This document shows positions 19,955 to 32,042 of a DNA stretch of 64,000 nucleotides, piece by piece (position 1 is the first letter of the stretch; each line of letters starts with the position of its first letter). The position numbers and the translations under genes are program-made. The stretch is from Terriglobia bacterium. GTDB lineage: Bacteria > Acidobacteriota > Terriglobia > 20CM-2-55-15. The notes beneath the pieces are model-generated. The model did not search any database. It saw only the letters and a program-made list of their open reading frames with translations, and was not told the origin of the DNA. The stretch spans positions 28,232 to 92,231 of the forward strand of contig CBDCLE010000020.1 in NCBI GenBank assembly GCA_965218585.1, given 5' to 3'.

Positions 19955-20199
19955 GCCGATTGCACGATAGCCATTTCGGAAGCTTTACGAATTGCGGGGC
20001 GGTCCATCAGCCGTTTGCGCCAACGTAAAGGATTGCGACAGCCTCGATCGAGACCGGACCTGAAGTGTCGAACCTGCATTCGTCGCCTCGTTCGTTTCAG
20101 GTTCATCATCGATGACCGCTAAGGGGATACAGGCCCTGAGACCCCATCAAGGCGCTGGCACCCGTTCCTTCAGTTCTTCAAACCAGTTCAGGACAACGT

Positions 20200-20328
20200 T
20201 TATTTGGGGCGCGTTTTGAATCGGGAGGCAGCTTGGTTCAGGGAGTTGTGTAGTTCTTCCCAAGCTTTCTGCAGGCCTGGTTTCAGATCGTCCCAAGCTT
20301 CAGCAGTCGTTTCTTTCAATTCGCTCAA
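20200..20328 (-). pseudogene. 3' fragment of small coiled-coil protein, cut by IS3
   Basis: [37 protein letters not shown]; abuts IS3 left IR. Confidence 0.6.
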
Positions 20329-20382
20329 TGAACCGCCCCGGGTTTTCCGGAGACTCCATTTCTTGAGAGGATGGGAGTCATC

Positions 20383-21641
<1,259 letters not shown>

Positions 21642-21644
21642 TAG

Positions 21645-23381
21645 CCCGCATATTTCACCGATAGGACCAGAAAAGGCCGCCCTGTCTGGCATAAAGCGTT
21701 TTGAAATAAACGTTTAACAAGCCAAACGGAGACGGCCCTTATGAGAACAGAGTGTAACCAAACGACGTTCGAATTTCACGGACTTCTTCAACGAAAAGTG
21801 AAGGCGCGTTTTGACGGCGGAAAGATCACCTCCGACGCTGGGGTTCTGCTGTTGAGGGAAGTGGAAAAGCGAACGGGTCTGATCGCCGGACTGGCCGAGT
21901 GTTTCAGGGATTACCGGGACGCGAGGTTGATCGAACACACGGTGAGCGAGTTATTGGGGCAGCGCGTCTACGGACTCTGTCTGGGCTACGAGGATCTGAA
22001 CGATCATGACCAACTGCGGACCGATCCGATGCTGGCCGTGGCGGTGGATAAGGCCGATCCACTGGGGGAGAAGCGGCGGCAGGCCCGAGACCGGGGAAAA
22101 GCGTTGGCGGGCAAGTGTACGCTGAACCGGTTGGAACTGACCGGGGAGCAAGTCGATGGGAAGGAGCGGTACAAGAAGATTGCCATGGACCCGGACAAGA
22201 TCGACCGCTGGATGGTGGATGCATTTGTGGCGGCTCACGGATCGGCGCCCGAGGAGATTGTTCTGGACCTGGATGCGACCGATGATCCGATCCATGGCCA
22301 TCAGGAAGGACGGTTCTTTCACGGCTACTACGGCAACTACTGTTATCTGCCGCTCTACATCTTTTCGGGAGAGCATCTGCTATGCGCCCGGTTGCGGTGC
22401 TCCAATGTCGACGGTGCGGACGGCGCCGTCGAGGAATTGAACCGCATCATCGGCCAGATCCGGCAGAGCTGGCCGGAGGTGTCGATTATCATCCGGGCCG
22501 ACTCGGGCTTTTGCCGGGATGAATTGCTGAGTTGGTGCGAGGCCCACCAGGTCGATTACGTGGTGGGTCTGGCCAAGAACGATCGGCTCAAGCGCGAGAT
22601 CGCTGAATCGATGAGTCAGGCCGAAGCCGAGTTTAACGACACCGGGAAACCGGCGCGGGTGTTTAACGATTTCCGGTATCGCACTCGGAAGAGCTGGACC
22701 TGCACCCGACGCGTCATCGGCAAGGCCGAGTTCCTGGAGAAAGGCGCCAATCCTCGATTCGTTGTGACCTCACTGTCGCCGGAACGCCTGGACGCCCGCG
22801 CCCTCTATGAAGACTTTTACTGTGCGCGGGGCGACATGGAAAATCGCATCAAGGAACAGCAGTTGGATCTATTCGCCGACCGGACCAGCGCGGCAACCAT
22901 GCGCGCCAATCAACTCCGGCTCTATCTGTCCTCGGCCGCCTACATGCTCCTGCACGCGTTACGCCGTCTGGGACTGAAGAATACCGATCTGGCCCGCGCT
23001 CAGTGCCAGACGATCCGCTTGAAGCTCCTCAAGATCGGAGCTCAAGTCCGTCTGACGGTTCGCAACATCTGGATCTCCATGTCGGAAGCCTATCCCTACG
23101 CCGAGGTCTTTGCCCTCGTCCATCGAAACCTGCAGGCGCTTCCTCTGCGCTGCTGAGAACCGACCCGATCCCCTGCGCCAAAATCGACTCGCTCTTTTCG
23201 GCTCCGCCGAGGTTTGTCTCAGTGCGTTTCGTCACCCTCTTCTGAACCCGAAAACGCAGCAACTCCCGCTTGTCGACACCGCCGAGTCACGCCACACATG
23301 CCCAATTCGAACCCAGATCCTCCCGAATCCGATTCTTACTGCCCAAATCCCCCTGATCGCCGGACTGGTGAAACATGCGGG
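21645..23381 (+). mobile_element. IS1380 family element, copy 1
   Basis: IRs CCCGCATATTTCACC / GGTGAAACATGCGGG; CTAG duplication at 21641-21644 and 23382-23385. Confidence 0.95.
21741..23156 (+). CDS. IS1380 transposase
   Basis: FDGGKITSDAG, GYEDLNDHD, DLDATDD, RADSGF, RGDMENRIKE. Confidence 0.95.
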   Translation: MRTECNQTTFEFHGLLQRKVKARFDGGKITSDAGVLLLREVEKRTGLIAGLAECFRDYRDARLIEHTVSELLGQRVYGLCLGYEDLNDHDQLRTDPMLAVAVDKADPLGEKRRQARDRGKALAGKCTLNRLELTGEQVDGKERYKKIAMDPDKIDRWMVDAFVAAHGSAPEEIVLDLDATDDPIHGHQEGRFFHGYYGNYCYLPLYIFSGEHLLCARLRCSNVDGADGAVEELNRIIGQIRQSWPEVSIIIRADSGFCRDELLSWCEAHQVDYVVGLAKNDRLKREIAESMSQAEAEFNDTGKPARVFNDFRYRTRKSWTCTRRVIGKAEFLEKGANPRFVVTSLSPERLDARALYEDFYCARGDMENRIKEQQLDLFADRTSAATMRANQLRLYLSSAAYMLLHALRRLGLKNTDLARAQCQTIRLKLLKIGAQVRLTVRNIWISMSEAYPYAEVFALVHRNLQALPLRC

Positions 23382-23542
23382 CTAGCCAGTCGGTCACTAT
23401 CCTTGGCGAACTCTTCCGGAAGGGTCTTGATCGCGACGTCACGACCAAGTTTCGTGTCCTCGGCACGCCACACTTCCCCCATACCTCCTTTACCCAAGAG
23501 CGAGAGGAACACTTAGTGGCCGAGTTTGGTGCCGGATTCCAT
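23382..23542 (-). pseudogene. Hanks-type Ser/Thr kinase 5' fragment
   Basis: [52 protein letters not shown]; internal TAA; cut by IS1380. Confidence 0.85.
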
Positions 23543-23624
23543 GTTTAAAGTGTGTCGCTGAAATAACCGTGAAAAACTCGGTAAAGGACACTAAGGCAGG
23601 AAGTTAGGCGCTATTAAATTCTCA

Positions 23625-23652
23625 GGTCCTCACAAACGACCTTGTCGGACGT
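23625..23652 (-). other. dif/Xer-like site C
   Basis: Reverse strand reads ACGTCCGACAA-GGTCGT-TTGTGAGGACC; flanked by ATTCTCA/TGAGAAT. Confidence 0.55.
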
Positions 23653-23971
23653 TGAGAATCCGATCTCTAGAATAAAAAGTCCTAATCTTAGTTCTTGTAT
23701 TTAATTTCAAGCACTTAGACGTGTACCGCCTATCCGGACATGTGGAATTTGCCCAAGGATCCCGAAGTCCGCGTCCATCCGGGAAACCTGAAATGTTCCG
23801 CAACAATTACCCGCGAAAAACGCCGTTTCGTTTACCGATATGTGCGACAGACGCTCGGGCCTTTTTGTTTGCTGCTCAACAGGTTCCCAGGACCCTCACG
23901 TTTCTCGCTCAACCTGCCCGGACAGTGTCCACAACATCCTCAGATTTGAAGTGCCCGCACGGCCGCGCGCG

Positions 23972-24000
23972 GGTTGATATAACACCCATATAACGGCACT
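23972..24000 (-). other. Degenerate dif-like site G
   Basis: Reverse strand ends TTATATCAACC (XerD-arm-like); other arm and spacing imperfect. Confidence 0.3.
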
Positions 24001-24023
24001 TGTCAGAGCTGCCATAGTCGTCA

Positions 24024-24051
24024 GCCCCTGCTTATATCGCTTATCCGCACG
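24024..24051 (-). other. dif/Xer-like site F
   Basis: Reverse strand reads CGTGCGGATAA-GCGATA-TAAGCAGGGGC + TGAC; left arm is 2 nt from E. coli XerC arm GGTGCGCATAA. Confidence 0.5.
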
Positions 24052-24210
24052 CAAGATCAAACTCTAATACGGCTTGATGGTCGTGTGGCCGTCCAGGTAG
24101 TCGAAGTAGATCGGCCGGCCGGTCGAGAGCAGGTAATGGAGGTTCCGGAGGTTCCGTTCGCGCCGCGCGGTACCCCTCCAGTTTGCGTACCGCTCGAAAG
24201 TCAGCGCCTG

Positions 24211-24875
24211 GCTTGGTTTCTTCGGCCCGCAGTCCGCTGTAGATACCGTCGGCCCAGACATAGACCCAGCGATCGGCATCCAATCGCTCCTCGCATCCCC
24301 GGCGGTACTGCTCGGCCCAGACCTGTTTCAACCGCGATACCGTGCTCGCCGACAGGCCCTGCGCCTGGGGTCCGACAAGAACTTTTAGAGCGTCACCCAT
24401 CTCGCCGCTGGAGACGCCTTTCAAATACAACCACGGCACCGCTGCTTCCAGCGATTTCGTTTTCCGAATGTAGGGAGGTACCAGGGCCGACCGGAACGTT
24501 ACCGGGTCGCCAGTCTTCGCTCGGACTTTCGGGATCTGGACCGTTACCGGCCCCAAACCGGTCTGCAGTTCACGTTCAGGCAGATAACCGTTGCGCACCA
24601 CCCCGGCGTTGCCCGTCTCGGTTCTCCGATCGCCGTGGTGGGATAGCAGTTCCGCCAATTCGGTTTCCACCGCGCGTTGGATCAGTTGCTGAGCTCCAAC
24701 TCGTAGTAGCTCTGTTATCGGATCCTCAATCGTCTCTCGACCCTCCGGTCCATTCACGTTACTCTTGCTCATAGTGGCGTATCTCCCTTGGTTGCTTTGA
24801 AGTCTGGTAAACAACAAATCAACCAGATACGCCGCTCTTCCTCAATCCCTTAAACACCAGATTCGGTTATAACTC
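24211..24875 (-). mobile_element. IS256 family element, truncated (left end + 5' half of transposase from 24772)
   Basis: End GAGTTATAACCGAATCTGGTGTTTA; RNGYLPERELQTGLGPV, LYLKGVSSG, YVWADGIY. Confidence 0.88.
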
Positions 24876-25223
24876 GATGGCGGCGCCTTCGCGCTTAAAG
24901 ACGGCGTTGCCGAGATAGTGGTCCCCGTGGTCTTGCCCGTTGACGACCCATTTGATAGGGTCGGCCGTTTTCTTGCGGATCTCCGCCAGCAGCGCTTCGG
25001 CGGCGCGCCGATTTCCCTGGGAGTCGACGATGAGTACCCCTTCCTCGGTGATCAGCACGGTGGAGTTGGAAGCTCCACCCGTGTAGTAGAAGTAGAGGTC
25101 GGGGCCGACCGGTGTGAGCGAGAAGGCGCTCTGCGCCTTCATCGCAGACCACTCGCCGCTGACGGCGATTCCCAGCAGCAGCGCCAGCAGGACCGTACGC
25201 ATCATGGGCATGCGCAGTGTCAT
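24876..25223 (-). pseudogene. Exported MBL-fold hydrolase 5' fragment cut by IS256
   Basis: Signal peptide, EGVLIVDS, QDHGDHYLGN, then IS256 end. Confidence 0.8.
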
Positions 25224-25382
25224 GGTGCTTTCCTTTCAGCCGGATTTAGTTTTTTCCCTTCCGGCTCGTGAGTATACATCCATCTGCCTCTGGCTGAGCC
25301 TTTCCAGCGTACGATTATCTCCGGAGGCCAGTTCGCAACTCCGGCAGAGACATTTAATGCATGTTGTTGCATCGACCGGACC

Positions 25383-25410
25383 GGTTGAGCCGGCAGACAT
25401 TGTTGGACGT
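25383..25410 (-). other. dif/Xer-like site D
   Basis: Reverse strand reads (GATTCTCA)ACGTCCAACAA-TGTCTG-CCGGCTCAACC; TTGT(C/T)GGACGTTGAGAATC shared with site C. Confidence 0.45.
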
Positions 25411-25722
25411 TGAGAATCATCCTGATCCACTGTTCGCATTCCAGTCGCCGGCGACGCATTGTCCTTTCGACCTTCAAAATCTGAGTTTCCGATTTCAAAT
25501 TTCGTTTTCCGGCTTTCGAAACCCGCTTCGGACTTTGCAAACTAACCGGGCAAGCTCCGTACTATGGCTTCCCAGATTCGGTTTCGCCAATAGATCTACG
25601 CTTTGTGCTGAGCAGACGTTTCCGACATGCCGGATCCTTCGCTCACCGTGTCGGTAAGTGACGATTGGCGAGTAAGGTCAGCTATCGGACGGAGGGCGTC
25701 TGAGATACCGCGCCTTGCGCTC

Positions 25723-25872
25723 TCAAGGCTGGGGATTCTCGTCGGTATCTTCGAGGCGATTCCGCAGTTCGTCAATACGCCGGTCGAGGTCTTTCTGCTT
25801 GAGCGACATGCGGACCGTGTACGCGAAGAAGATCACGAAGAAAGCCGAGTAAGCAGCGACGAGCCACGTCAT
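25723..25872 (-). CDS. ccmD: CcmD-like small membrane protein (49 aa, not in ORF track)
   Basis: MTWLVAAYSAFFVIFFAYTVRMSLKQKDLDRRIDELR..; ATGA overlap with ccmC stop. Confidence 0.8.
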   Translation of the reverse strand: MTWLVAAYSAFFVIFFAYTVRMSLKQKDLDRRIDELRNRLEDTDENPQP

Positions 25873-26543
25873 CGGGAGAGTACCACCTGTTCGAAGTATT
25901 CGACTTGCTGGCTGCTTCGTTCAACATCGAGGCGTCTGCGAAGTAGGTAGGTGTAAAGCAGCAAAAGGGACAGAATCGCTCCGAAGAGAACCAGTTGCAT
26001 GTCGGGATCGAGTCCGGAGCCTTCACCGCCGGCAAGGACGGGAGACGGATGTTGTGTCCGCCACCATCGGATTGCCATGTAATTGATTGGCACGTCGGCG
26101 GCTCCGAGGATGCCGAACGCTGCCTGCAGGGACGCTCGCTTCATCGGATCGGACACATATGCACCCAGCATCAGGTACGACACAAAGATAAGCGCCAGTA
26201 TTAACTGCAACGTCAACCGGGCGTCCCAGGTCCACCAGATGCCCCACACCGGCTTCGCCCAGAGCATCCCCATCGAGATGTTCGTTGCGATAAACAAGAC
26301 GCCGATCTCAGCAGAGCAGTGGGCCAGGCGGTCCCACTTCAGCTTTTTGCTGTAGAGGAACATGATGCTCGAGAAGCCCACGACCATGAACGCAAAGTAG
26401 GAAATGACCCCTGCGGGCATATGGATGTAGAAAATGCGTTGAACCGTCCCCATGCTCGCTTCGGTGGGCGCGTATATGAACGCGCCATAGAACGTGGCCA
26501 GCATTCCGACGAGCGTCACGATTCCCAGCTTGCGGTCAGCCAT
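25869..26543 (-). CDS. ccmC: Heme chaperone-loading protein CcmC
   Basis: RIFYIH, WAKPVWGIWWTWDARLT, WWRTQHP. Confidence 0.97.
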   Translation of the reverse strand: MADRKLGIVTLVGMLATFYGAFIYAPTEASMGTVQRIFYIHMPAGVISYFAFMVVGFSSIMFLYSKKLKWDRLAHCSAEIGVLFIATNISMGMLWAKPVWGIWWTWDARLTLQLILALIFVSYLMLGAYVSDPMKRASLQAAFGILGAADVPINYMAIRWWRTQHPSPVLAGGEGSGLDPDMQLVLFGAILSLLLLYTYLLRRRLDVERSSQQVEYFEQVVLSR

Positions 26544-26558
26544 AGTGGCTATCTCCTC

Positions 26559-27224
26559 TCATTCCTCTACCACGTATTCGAACACAAGGTACGAAATTAC
26601 GAAAAAGATGATATCAAAACCGATCACCAAGTTCACCCACGAGGAATACCCTCCGTCTTCGTCTCCGAGCGCGGCGCCGGTAGCAGCGACGGCGGCCAGG
26701 ACGAGCGGGAGCGTCAGGGGGAGCTGGAGAACGGGAAGCATGACTTCGCTCATGCGGGTGTGCGAAGAGATCATCGAAAGGATCGTGCCGACCGCGGCAA
26801 ACCCAGCCGTACCGAAAATCATGATCAGAATGACCCACAGCAGGCGGGCATCCACCGGGAGATCATAGAAGATTACGAAGAATACGAAGATCACGACGTC
26901 GGAGAGCAACATGAACAGGAAATTGCTGACGACCTTTCCTGTGTACAGCGTTCCCCGGTCTACCGGGGCCAGCAGCAATCCCTGGAGGGAATCGTTGTCC
27001 AGGTCGATCGCGAGCGAGCGGTTGAGGCCGAGTATTCCAGCAAACGTCAGTGCAACCCAGAGCACACCCGGAGCGATGAGGACACGTTCGGTCCCGGCTG
27101 GCTCAAAAGCGAAATTGAAGATCACCATGACCAGGAGCCCGAACATCATCATGGAGACGACGGTTTCCTTCCGGCGCAATTCCAGTACGATGTCTTTGCG
27201 GATTAAGGCGATGAGCGCGTTCAC
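26559..27224 (-). CDS. ccmB: CcmB permease
   Basis: KDIVLELR, APGVLW, LPVLQLPLTLP. Confidence 0.93.
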   Translation of the reverse strand: MNALIALIRKDIVLELRRKETVVSMMMFGLLVMVIFNFAFEPAGTERVLIAPGVLWVALTFAGILGLNRSLAIDLDNDSLQGLLLAPVDRGTLYTGKVVSNFLFMLLSDVVIFVFFVIFYDLPVDARLLWVILIMIFGTAGFAAVGTILSMISSHTRMSEVMLPVLQLPLTLPLVLAAVAATGAALGDEDGGYSSWVNLVIGFDIIFFVISYLVFEYVVEE

Positions 27225-27937
27225 TGCCGATCCTTCCGTCGAACGTACCGCTCGTAGGCTTCTCGGACACCGGGGTCGGCGGCCTCTCCCGAATGCACGA
27301 TCGTGCCCCGGTCGATGATGTGGACGTGGTTCGCACCGCGCAGACCCAGTTCGAGGTCATGCGTTGTCAGAAGTACGGTTCGTCCTTCGCCGACCGCTTC
27401 ATCCAGCATCCGGTTCAGGATTTCGACCGCATTGGCGTCGAGCCCCGTGTAGGGTTCGTCGAGGAGAAGCACGCGGGGATTGTGCAACATGACCCGGGCA
27501 ATGCCGGCGCGCTGCAGAAGGCCGCGGGAAAACGTGCGTACAGGGTCGTTCCGTCTCCTGCCGAGACCGACTCTTTCGATCAATCCATCGATCTCGTCCT
27601 GTGTCTGGTCGAGTCCGTAGAGTTTAGAAAAAAAAGCCAGGTTTTCTCTCGGGGTCAGATCCCGGTAAACGTAGGTGTTGTGTGAGAGAAGTCCGATCGA
27701 ACGGCGTGCCTCCTCGGGTTCTTCTCCAATGTCGGCCCCGCAGATGGAAAGCGTTCCATTGCTCGGCTTCGCCAGCGTTGCGGCAATTTTCAGAAATGTG
27801 GTCTTGCCGGCGCCGTTTCTGCCAAACAAAGTCACGGACACGCCCTGGGGCACTTCGAGATCAACCTTGCGGAGGGCGGGGAAGTGGCCGTAGGTCTTCT
27901 GTATTCCTTTGGCCTCGACGGCGAGGGTGTCAGTCAT
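27221..27937 (-). CDS. ccmA: CcmA ABC ATPase
   Basis: GRNGAGKT, FSRG, LLDEPYTGLD; start set at MTDTL. Confidence 0.93.
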   Translation of the reverse strand: MTDTLAVEAKGIQKTYGHFPALRKVDLEVPQGVSVTLFGRNGAGKTTFLKIAATLAKPSNGTLSICGADIGEEPEEARRSIGLLSHNTYVYRDLTPRENLAFFSKLYGLDQTQDEIDGLIERVGLGRRRNDPVRTFSRGLLQRAGIARVMLHNPRVLLLDEPYTGLDANAVEILNRMLDEAVGEGRTVLLTTHDLELGLRGANHVHIIDRGTIVHSGEAADPGVREAYERYVRRKDRQ

Positions 27938-27989
27938 TAGCAATTGTGAGGAGTGGCTGATGGCGAGCTTGATTCTGGGAATCAAGCTT

Positions 27990-28361
27990 CTACGCGTGCT
28001 TCTTCTCCCGAGGCGAGGACTGAATTTTTCCGATCACGCGTGACAACTCTCCCCGCAGTTCTTTCATGCGCCTTTTGTGACGATCCTTACTGATGGTACC
28101 CGATTCCCGTGCCGTTTCGAGTTCCGTGATCTTGTCGAGGATAGTTTCGCGGTGCCTGACGAGATCCCGACGGTCCTTTTTATGGGTGCGTTCCTTCATT
28201 ATCTGAGCGGAGTAACTCGCAGCCCAGACCAGGAAAGCTGCGGTGATCAATATAATGAAAAGCGTGTGAGCAGCCATCGGGTTGGGAACCTGAATCGGAG
28301 CCTGAGCCCGGGCCGGTATGGCGAGTGCGAGGACGAGGGCGAACGTAACGAGACTCCACAT
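27990..28361 (-). CDS. Membrane protein with coiled-coil tail in ccm operon
   Basis: Signal + TM helix, then ILDKITELE..RESGTI helix. Confidence 0.7.
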   Translation of the reverse strand: MWSLVTFALVLALAIPARAQAPIQVPNPMAAHTLFIILITAAFLVWAASYSAQIMKERTHKKDRRDLVRHRETILDKITELETARESGTISKDRHKRRMKELRGELSRVIGKIQSSPREKKHA

Positions 28362-28370
28362 CGATGGTCG

Positions 28371-28790
28371 TTAGTCCAGATTCCTGCCGCAGTCGGCGCA
28401 GAACTTGTTCTTAGGCGGATTCGGATGACCGCAGCCTGAGCAGACACGGGAATTGGCCACACGCTCTTTCCTTGAGCCCACTTCCCGGCGGATCAGGGCG
28501 TCGAGATCCTGAGATGACTCGATCCGATCTATGTGGCTCATGACTGCCGCCGCTTCGGCGGCCATCTCTTCTCGAATCTTCTGATAGTCTTCCTCGGAAA
28601 GCTTGCCGCACTTGTACTCGAAATCGAGATCCTGAATGTTGCCGAGTATCACGTCCTTTTTACGTTGGAGCAGGTCCCACTCAGTTTCTTCGAGTATCGA
28701 GGATTCGATCGAGTCGTCCCGGGCGAAGAGCGGCCAGCAGATGGCGGTGAGAACGCCGCCCGTCAGGAGTCCGGAGAATAAATAGATCAT
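28371..28790 (-). CDS. CcmI-N-terminus-like membrane protein with C-terminal zinc ribbon
   Basis: TM, IQDLDFEYKCGKLSEEDY, CSGC..FCADCG. Confidence 0.75.
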   Translation of the reverse strand: MIYLFSGLLTGGVLTAICWPLFARDDSIESSILEETEWDLLQRKKDVILGNIQDLDFEYKCGKLSEEDYQKIREEMAAEAAAVMSHIDRIESSQDLDALIRREVGSRKERVANSRVCSGCGHPNPPKNKFCADCGRNLD

Positions 28791-28799
28791 GGAAACCGG

Positions 28800-29297
28800 C
28801 TAGTCTTCCGGTATGAAATCGGCGAGTTCGTCTTCGAGCCGCTGCTGGAATTCCTTTGCTCCATCTTCTCCAAACACCGGTACTGTCTTGGTAAAGCGAC
28901 TTCGGAAACGTCTCGCGTAATACGCTACAAGTCCGAGGCCAAAGGCCAGGGCAGCGAACGGCATTAGCCACGAGGCGATGTTGAATGCGCCCGCCGTCGG
29001 TGGGGCTGCGAGGATAATCAGGCCATACTTCTCAGCAAAACGTCCCAGGATCGATTCCTGGTCCAGGCCGTCCTCGATCATGCCGTCGACTTCTGCGCGC
29101 ATCGGGATTCCATTCGGGCAGGCAACCATGCTGCACACGCCTAGACCCTGATTGCAACTGCAGTTGCACATCAGCTCGCCGTAAACTACTTCGGGCTCGA
29201 CGGTGTCGGCTTCCAGCCGCGCACATCCCGCCGCTGTCAGCAGCACCAGGAAAAGCGGGAGGCTAAGCGTGTACTTTTTCAGTTTCACGGGTTTCAT
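28800..29297 (-). CDS. ccmH: CcmH heme-ligation protein
   Basis: LMCNCSC..C, EKYGLIILAAPP, C-terminal TM; start uncertain. Confidence 0.85.
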   Translation of the reverse strand: MKPVKLKKYTLSLPLFLVLLTAAGCARLEADTVEPEVVYGELMCNCSCNQGLGVCSMVACPNGIPMRAEVDGMIEDGLDQESILGRFAEKYGLIILAAPPTAGAFNIASWLMPFAALAFGLGLVAYYARRFRSRFTKTVPVFGEDGAKEFQQRLEDELADFIPED

Positions 29298-31302
29298 CAC
29301 TTTCTTTCTCACGTGAGGTCTTTTCTCGCTTGGACGTTCCCGGCCCCTTGTTGGGAAGCAAGGCAATCAATGTCCCCAGTCCTACGACAAACCCGCCAAT
29401 CCACACCCAGGTCACCAGCGGGTTGCGATACACCTGCATGATGGCGAGATTTGCCTGGGAGACACCTGCGAAGACCAGATACAGGTCATCCTGCAGAGTG
29501 GCGCGTATAGAGACCTCATGGGTAGTTTGATCGATCGCCCGGTAGGAGCGGATCTCAGGGAACATAGTGGCGACCTGGACCCCGTTCTTGAAAAGGCTGA
29601 CATGGGCCCGGGTGAGGTCGTAGTTTTCTGTCCGTTCCGATTCGAAGTTCTCGGGTCGAAGAGTGTAGGGGCCGAGCGTGATCGTGTCTCCGACGTCGAC
29701 TTCTTCCTGAATCTCAACATTGAAGACCTGTCCCGTGAAGCCGACGAACATGAGAATGATGCCGAAGTGGACGACGTAGCCTCCATAGCGGCGCGTATTT
29801 CGAAGGGTCAGGTTGACCAGGGCTTCGATCGGGCCTTCCCCCGTGCTCGACTGGCGTGCCCGGGCTCCTTTGAAAAACTCCTGGAAGATCGTCATCGACA
29901 CAAAAATCGCCAGCGTGAGCGATATCAGTGCGTACGCGCTGTCGACGCCAGAAGCGGCGAGGGCGATGCCGCCCGCCAGGGCAACGATTACCGGGTACAG
30001 GAACGCCCGCTTGAGGCTACTCGGCGAAGAGCGTCTCCAGGCCAGCAGCGGGCCGATACCGCTCAGGAACAGGAGTCCCAGTCCGATGGGGATCATGATC
30101 GTGTTGAACCAGGGTGCGGCAACGGTGACCTTCACGCCCTGGATCCACTCTGAAAGCACGGGAAGCATCGTCCCGAACAGAACTGCGAAGCAGGCGGCAA
30201 CGAAGAGAAGGTTGTTCAGCATGAAGCTGCTTTCGCGCGAGGCGAACGACTCCATCGTGTTCTCTGTCTTCAGGTAGCTCAAGCGGTCGAACAGGAGGTA
30301 CATGGAGCCCGACACGGCGAGAATAATGTACGCCAGAAAGTAACCGCCGATCGGAGACTCGGCGAAGGCGTGTACCGAAGAAACGACGCCGCTGCGTGTG
30401 AGGAAGGTGCCGAATATAGCTGCGGTGTAGGTCAGGATCACCAGGACGATGTTCCACACCTTCATCATGCCTTTCTTTTCCTGGATCATCACCGAGTGAA
30501 GAAACGCCGTTCCCAGAAGCCAGGGCATCAAAGAGGAGTTCTCTACCGGGTCCCAAGCCCAGTAACCGCCCCAGCCCAGTTCCACGTAAGCCCAGGCTCC
30601 TCCCAACACGATTCCCGTACCCAGGAAGAACCATGAAACCATCGTCCATCGACGTGTCGTCCGGATCCAGGTGTCTCCCATCTGCCGACTCGCCATGGCA
30701 GCCATAGCGAATGCGAACGGGACGGAAAATCCAACGAACCCCAGGTACAACATGGGTGGGTGGATGACCATCATGAAATACTGAAGCAGGGGATTGAGTC
30801 CCCGGCCATCCGCGGCCGTAAACGCCCGCATGGTTCCGTCACCCGCCACGGTGACAAACTCATTGAACGGGTTTGCGACAAACAAGTTCAGCGATGTGAA
30901 GAAAAGTGCCCCTCCCATCATTACGGCGACTACGTACGGCATCATGGCGGTGTGCCGCTTTCGGTTCTGGACGAAGACTATTGCCGAATAGAGGCTGAGC
31001 AACCAGCCCCAGAGCAGGAGCGATCCCTCCTGTCCGCCCCATATCGCTGAAATCTTATAGAAGAGAGGGAGGTCTCGATTTGAGTTGCCCTGGATGTAAG
31101 CGATGGAGAAATCGTTTATGAGAAACAGGTAACCAAGGGATAAGATCGCGACGGAAAGAGAGACGAATACGCCGATGCCCGCGTTCCGGCCACTGGCGAT
31201 GATGCGGTCGTTCTTAATGCGTATGCCGTACAACGACGCGGCAATCGCGTACACTGCGACCGTGAAGGCGAGCGCGAGGGCAAACTGCCCTAGTTGAGCC
31301 AT
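29263..31302 (-). CDS. ccmF: CcmF cytochrome c synthetase
   Basis: WGGQEGSLLLW, HPPMLYLG, WAYVELGWGGYWAWDPVEN, SVHAFA. Confidence 0.97.
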   Translation of the reverse strand: MAQLGQFALALAFTVAVYAIAASLYGIRIKNDRIIASGRNAGIGVFVSLSVAILSLGYLFLINDFSIAYIQGNSNRDLPLFYKISAIWGGQEGSLLLWGWLLSLYSAIVFVQNRKRHTAMMPYVVAVMMGGALFFTSLNLFVANPFNEFVTVAGDGTMRAFTAADGRGLNPLLQYFMMVIHPPMLYLGFVGFSVPFAFAMAAMASRQMGDTWIRTTRRWTMVSWFFLGTGIVLGGAWAYVELGWGGYWAWDPVENSSLMPWLLGTAFLHSVMIQEKKGMMKVWNIVLVILTYTAAIFGTFLTRSGVVSSVHAFAESPIGGYFLAYIILAVSGSMYLLFDRLSYLKTENTMESFASRESSFMLNNLLFVAACFAVLFGTMLPVLSEWIQGVKVTVAAPWFNTIMIPIGLGLLFLSGIGPLLAWRRSSPSSLKRAFLYPVIVALAGGIALAASGVDSAYALISLTLAIFVSMTIFQEFFKGARARQSSTGEGPIEALVNLTLRNTRRYGGYVVHFGIILMFVGFTGQVFNVEIQEEVDVGDTITLGPYTLRPENFESERTENYDLTRAHVSLFKNGVQVATMFPEIRSYRAIDQTTHEVSIRATLQDDLYLVFAGVSQANLAIMQVYRNPLVTWVWIGGFVVGLGTLIALLPNKGPGTSKREKTSREKESDETRETEKVHA

Positions 31303-31314
31303 GAATCCGTTCCC

Positions 31315-31776
31315 CTAGAGTCCGCTTCCAACGATGGGAGCAGGGGGGTCTAACTGTGTGGTTTCCGGAAGGACAATGCCGGCCTCAAGCTCGCGTTCGT
31401 ACTTGGACGCGCACTTGGCCTGCAACTTGGTAGCCGTGAAGAGACCATCTCCGTTGTATTCCCCATCAACGACTGCTTCCGCGTAGTCTCTGAATGTGTC
31501 GGGAACGGGGTCGGTGCCAACGTAATGCACGGTCAGGAACTGGTCGCCTTCACTGATGACGAATTCGACCTTATCGCCGCTGATCTCGATGGTTCCCGGG
31601 ACAACCTCGCCGGCAACCTTTAGTCGATCTGCGTCGAGGGTGTCCGCCATGGCATAGAGTTCGGACACCGTCTGAAAGTATGCTCCGGTCTGCTGCAGAG
31701 CAGAATAGCCAATCCACGTCAAGGCCAGAACGATGATACTCGGTCCCAAGATAAACTTTAATTGCTTGCGCGACAT
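31315..31776 (-). CDS. ccmE: CcmE heme chaperone, CxxxY type
   Basis: PDTFR, AKCASKY. Confidence 0.93.
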   Translation of the reverse strand: MSRKQLKFILGPSIIVLALTWIGYSALQQTGAYFQTVSELYAMADTLDADRLKVAGEVVPGTIEISGDKVEFVISEGDQFLTVHYVGTDPVPDTFRDYAEAVVDGEYNGDGLFTATKLQAKCASKYERELEAGIVLPETTQLDPPAPIVGSGL

Positions 31777-32042
31777 AGGTTTGCCTCTCCTCTGGAATAT
31801 GTTGGCATCCTATCAGCTTGCCTGTAACGGACTCTGTAACGGCTGCTACGATACATTCTACCGAAACTTGGCAGTGAAACTTAAGTTTTTTCGTTGTTTT
31901 GGGTGGGGGAACGTCAGCGGCAAGTGCAAAGAGGCCCCGCACTGTCTTCCGTGCGAGGCGAGCCGAGGCGTCAGCGTAACAGGGCTGAGGATCCCATCGG
32001 TACAACCGCTCTCGGTTTGTTCTCGGGACCAAAAAGAGGACA

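Noticed and set aside
24041-24817. 258-aa ORF as a novel protein
   Set aside because: Chimera of an IS256 5' half and out-of-frame read-through into an unrelated gene fragment ending at 24064
31822-31842. CTGTAACGG direct repeat upstream of ccmE
   Set aside because: Could be a response-regulator site, but two 9-mers alone are insufficient
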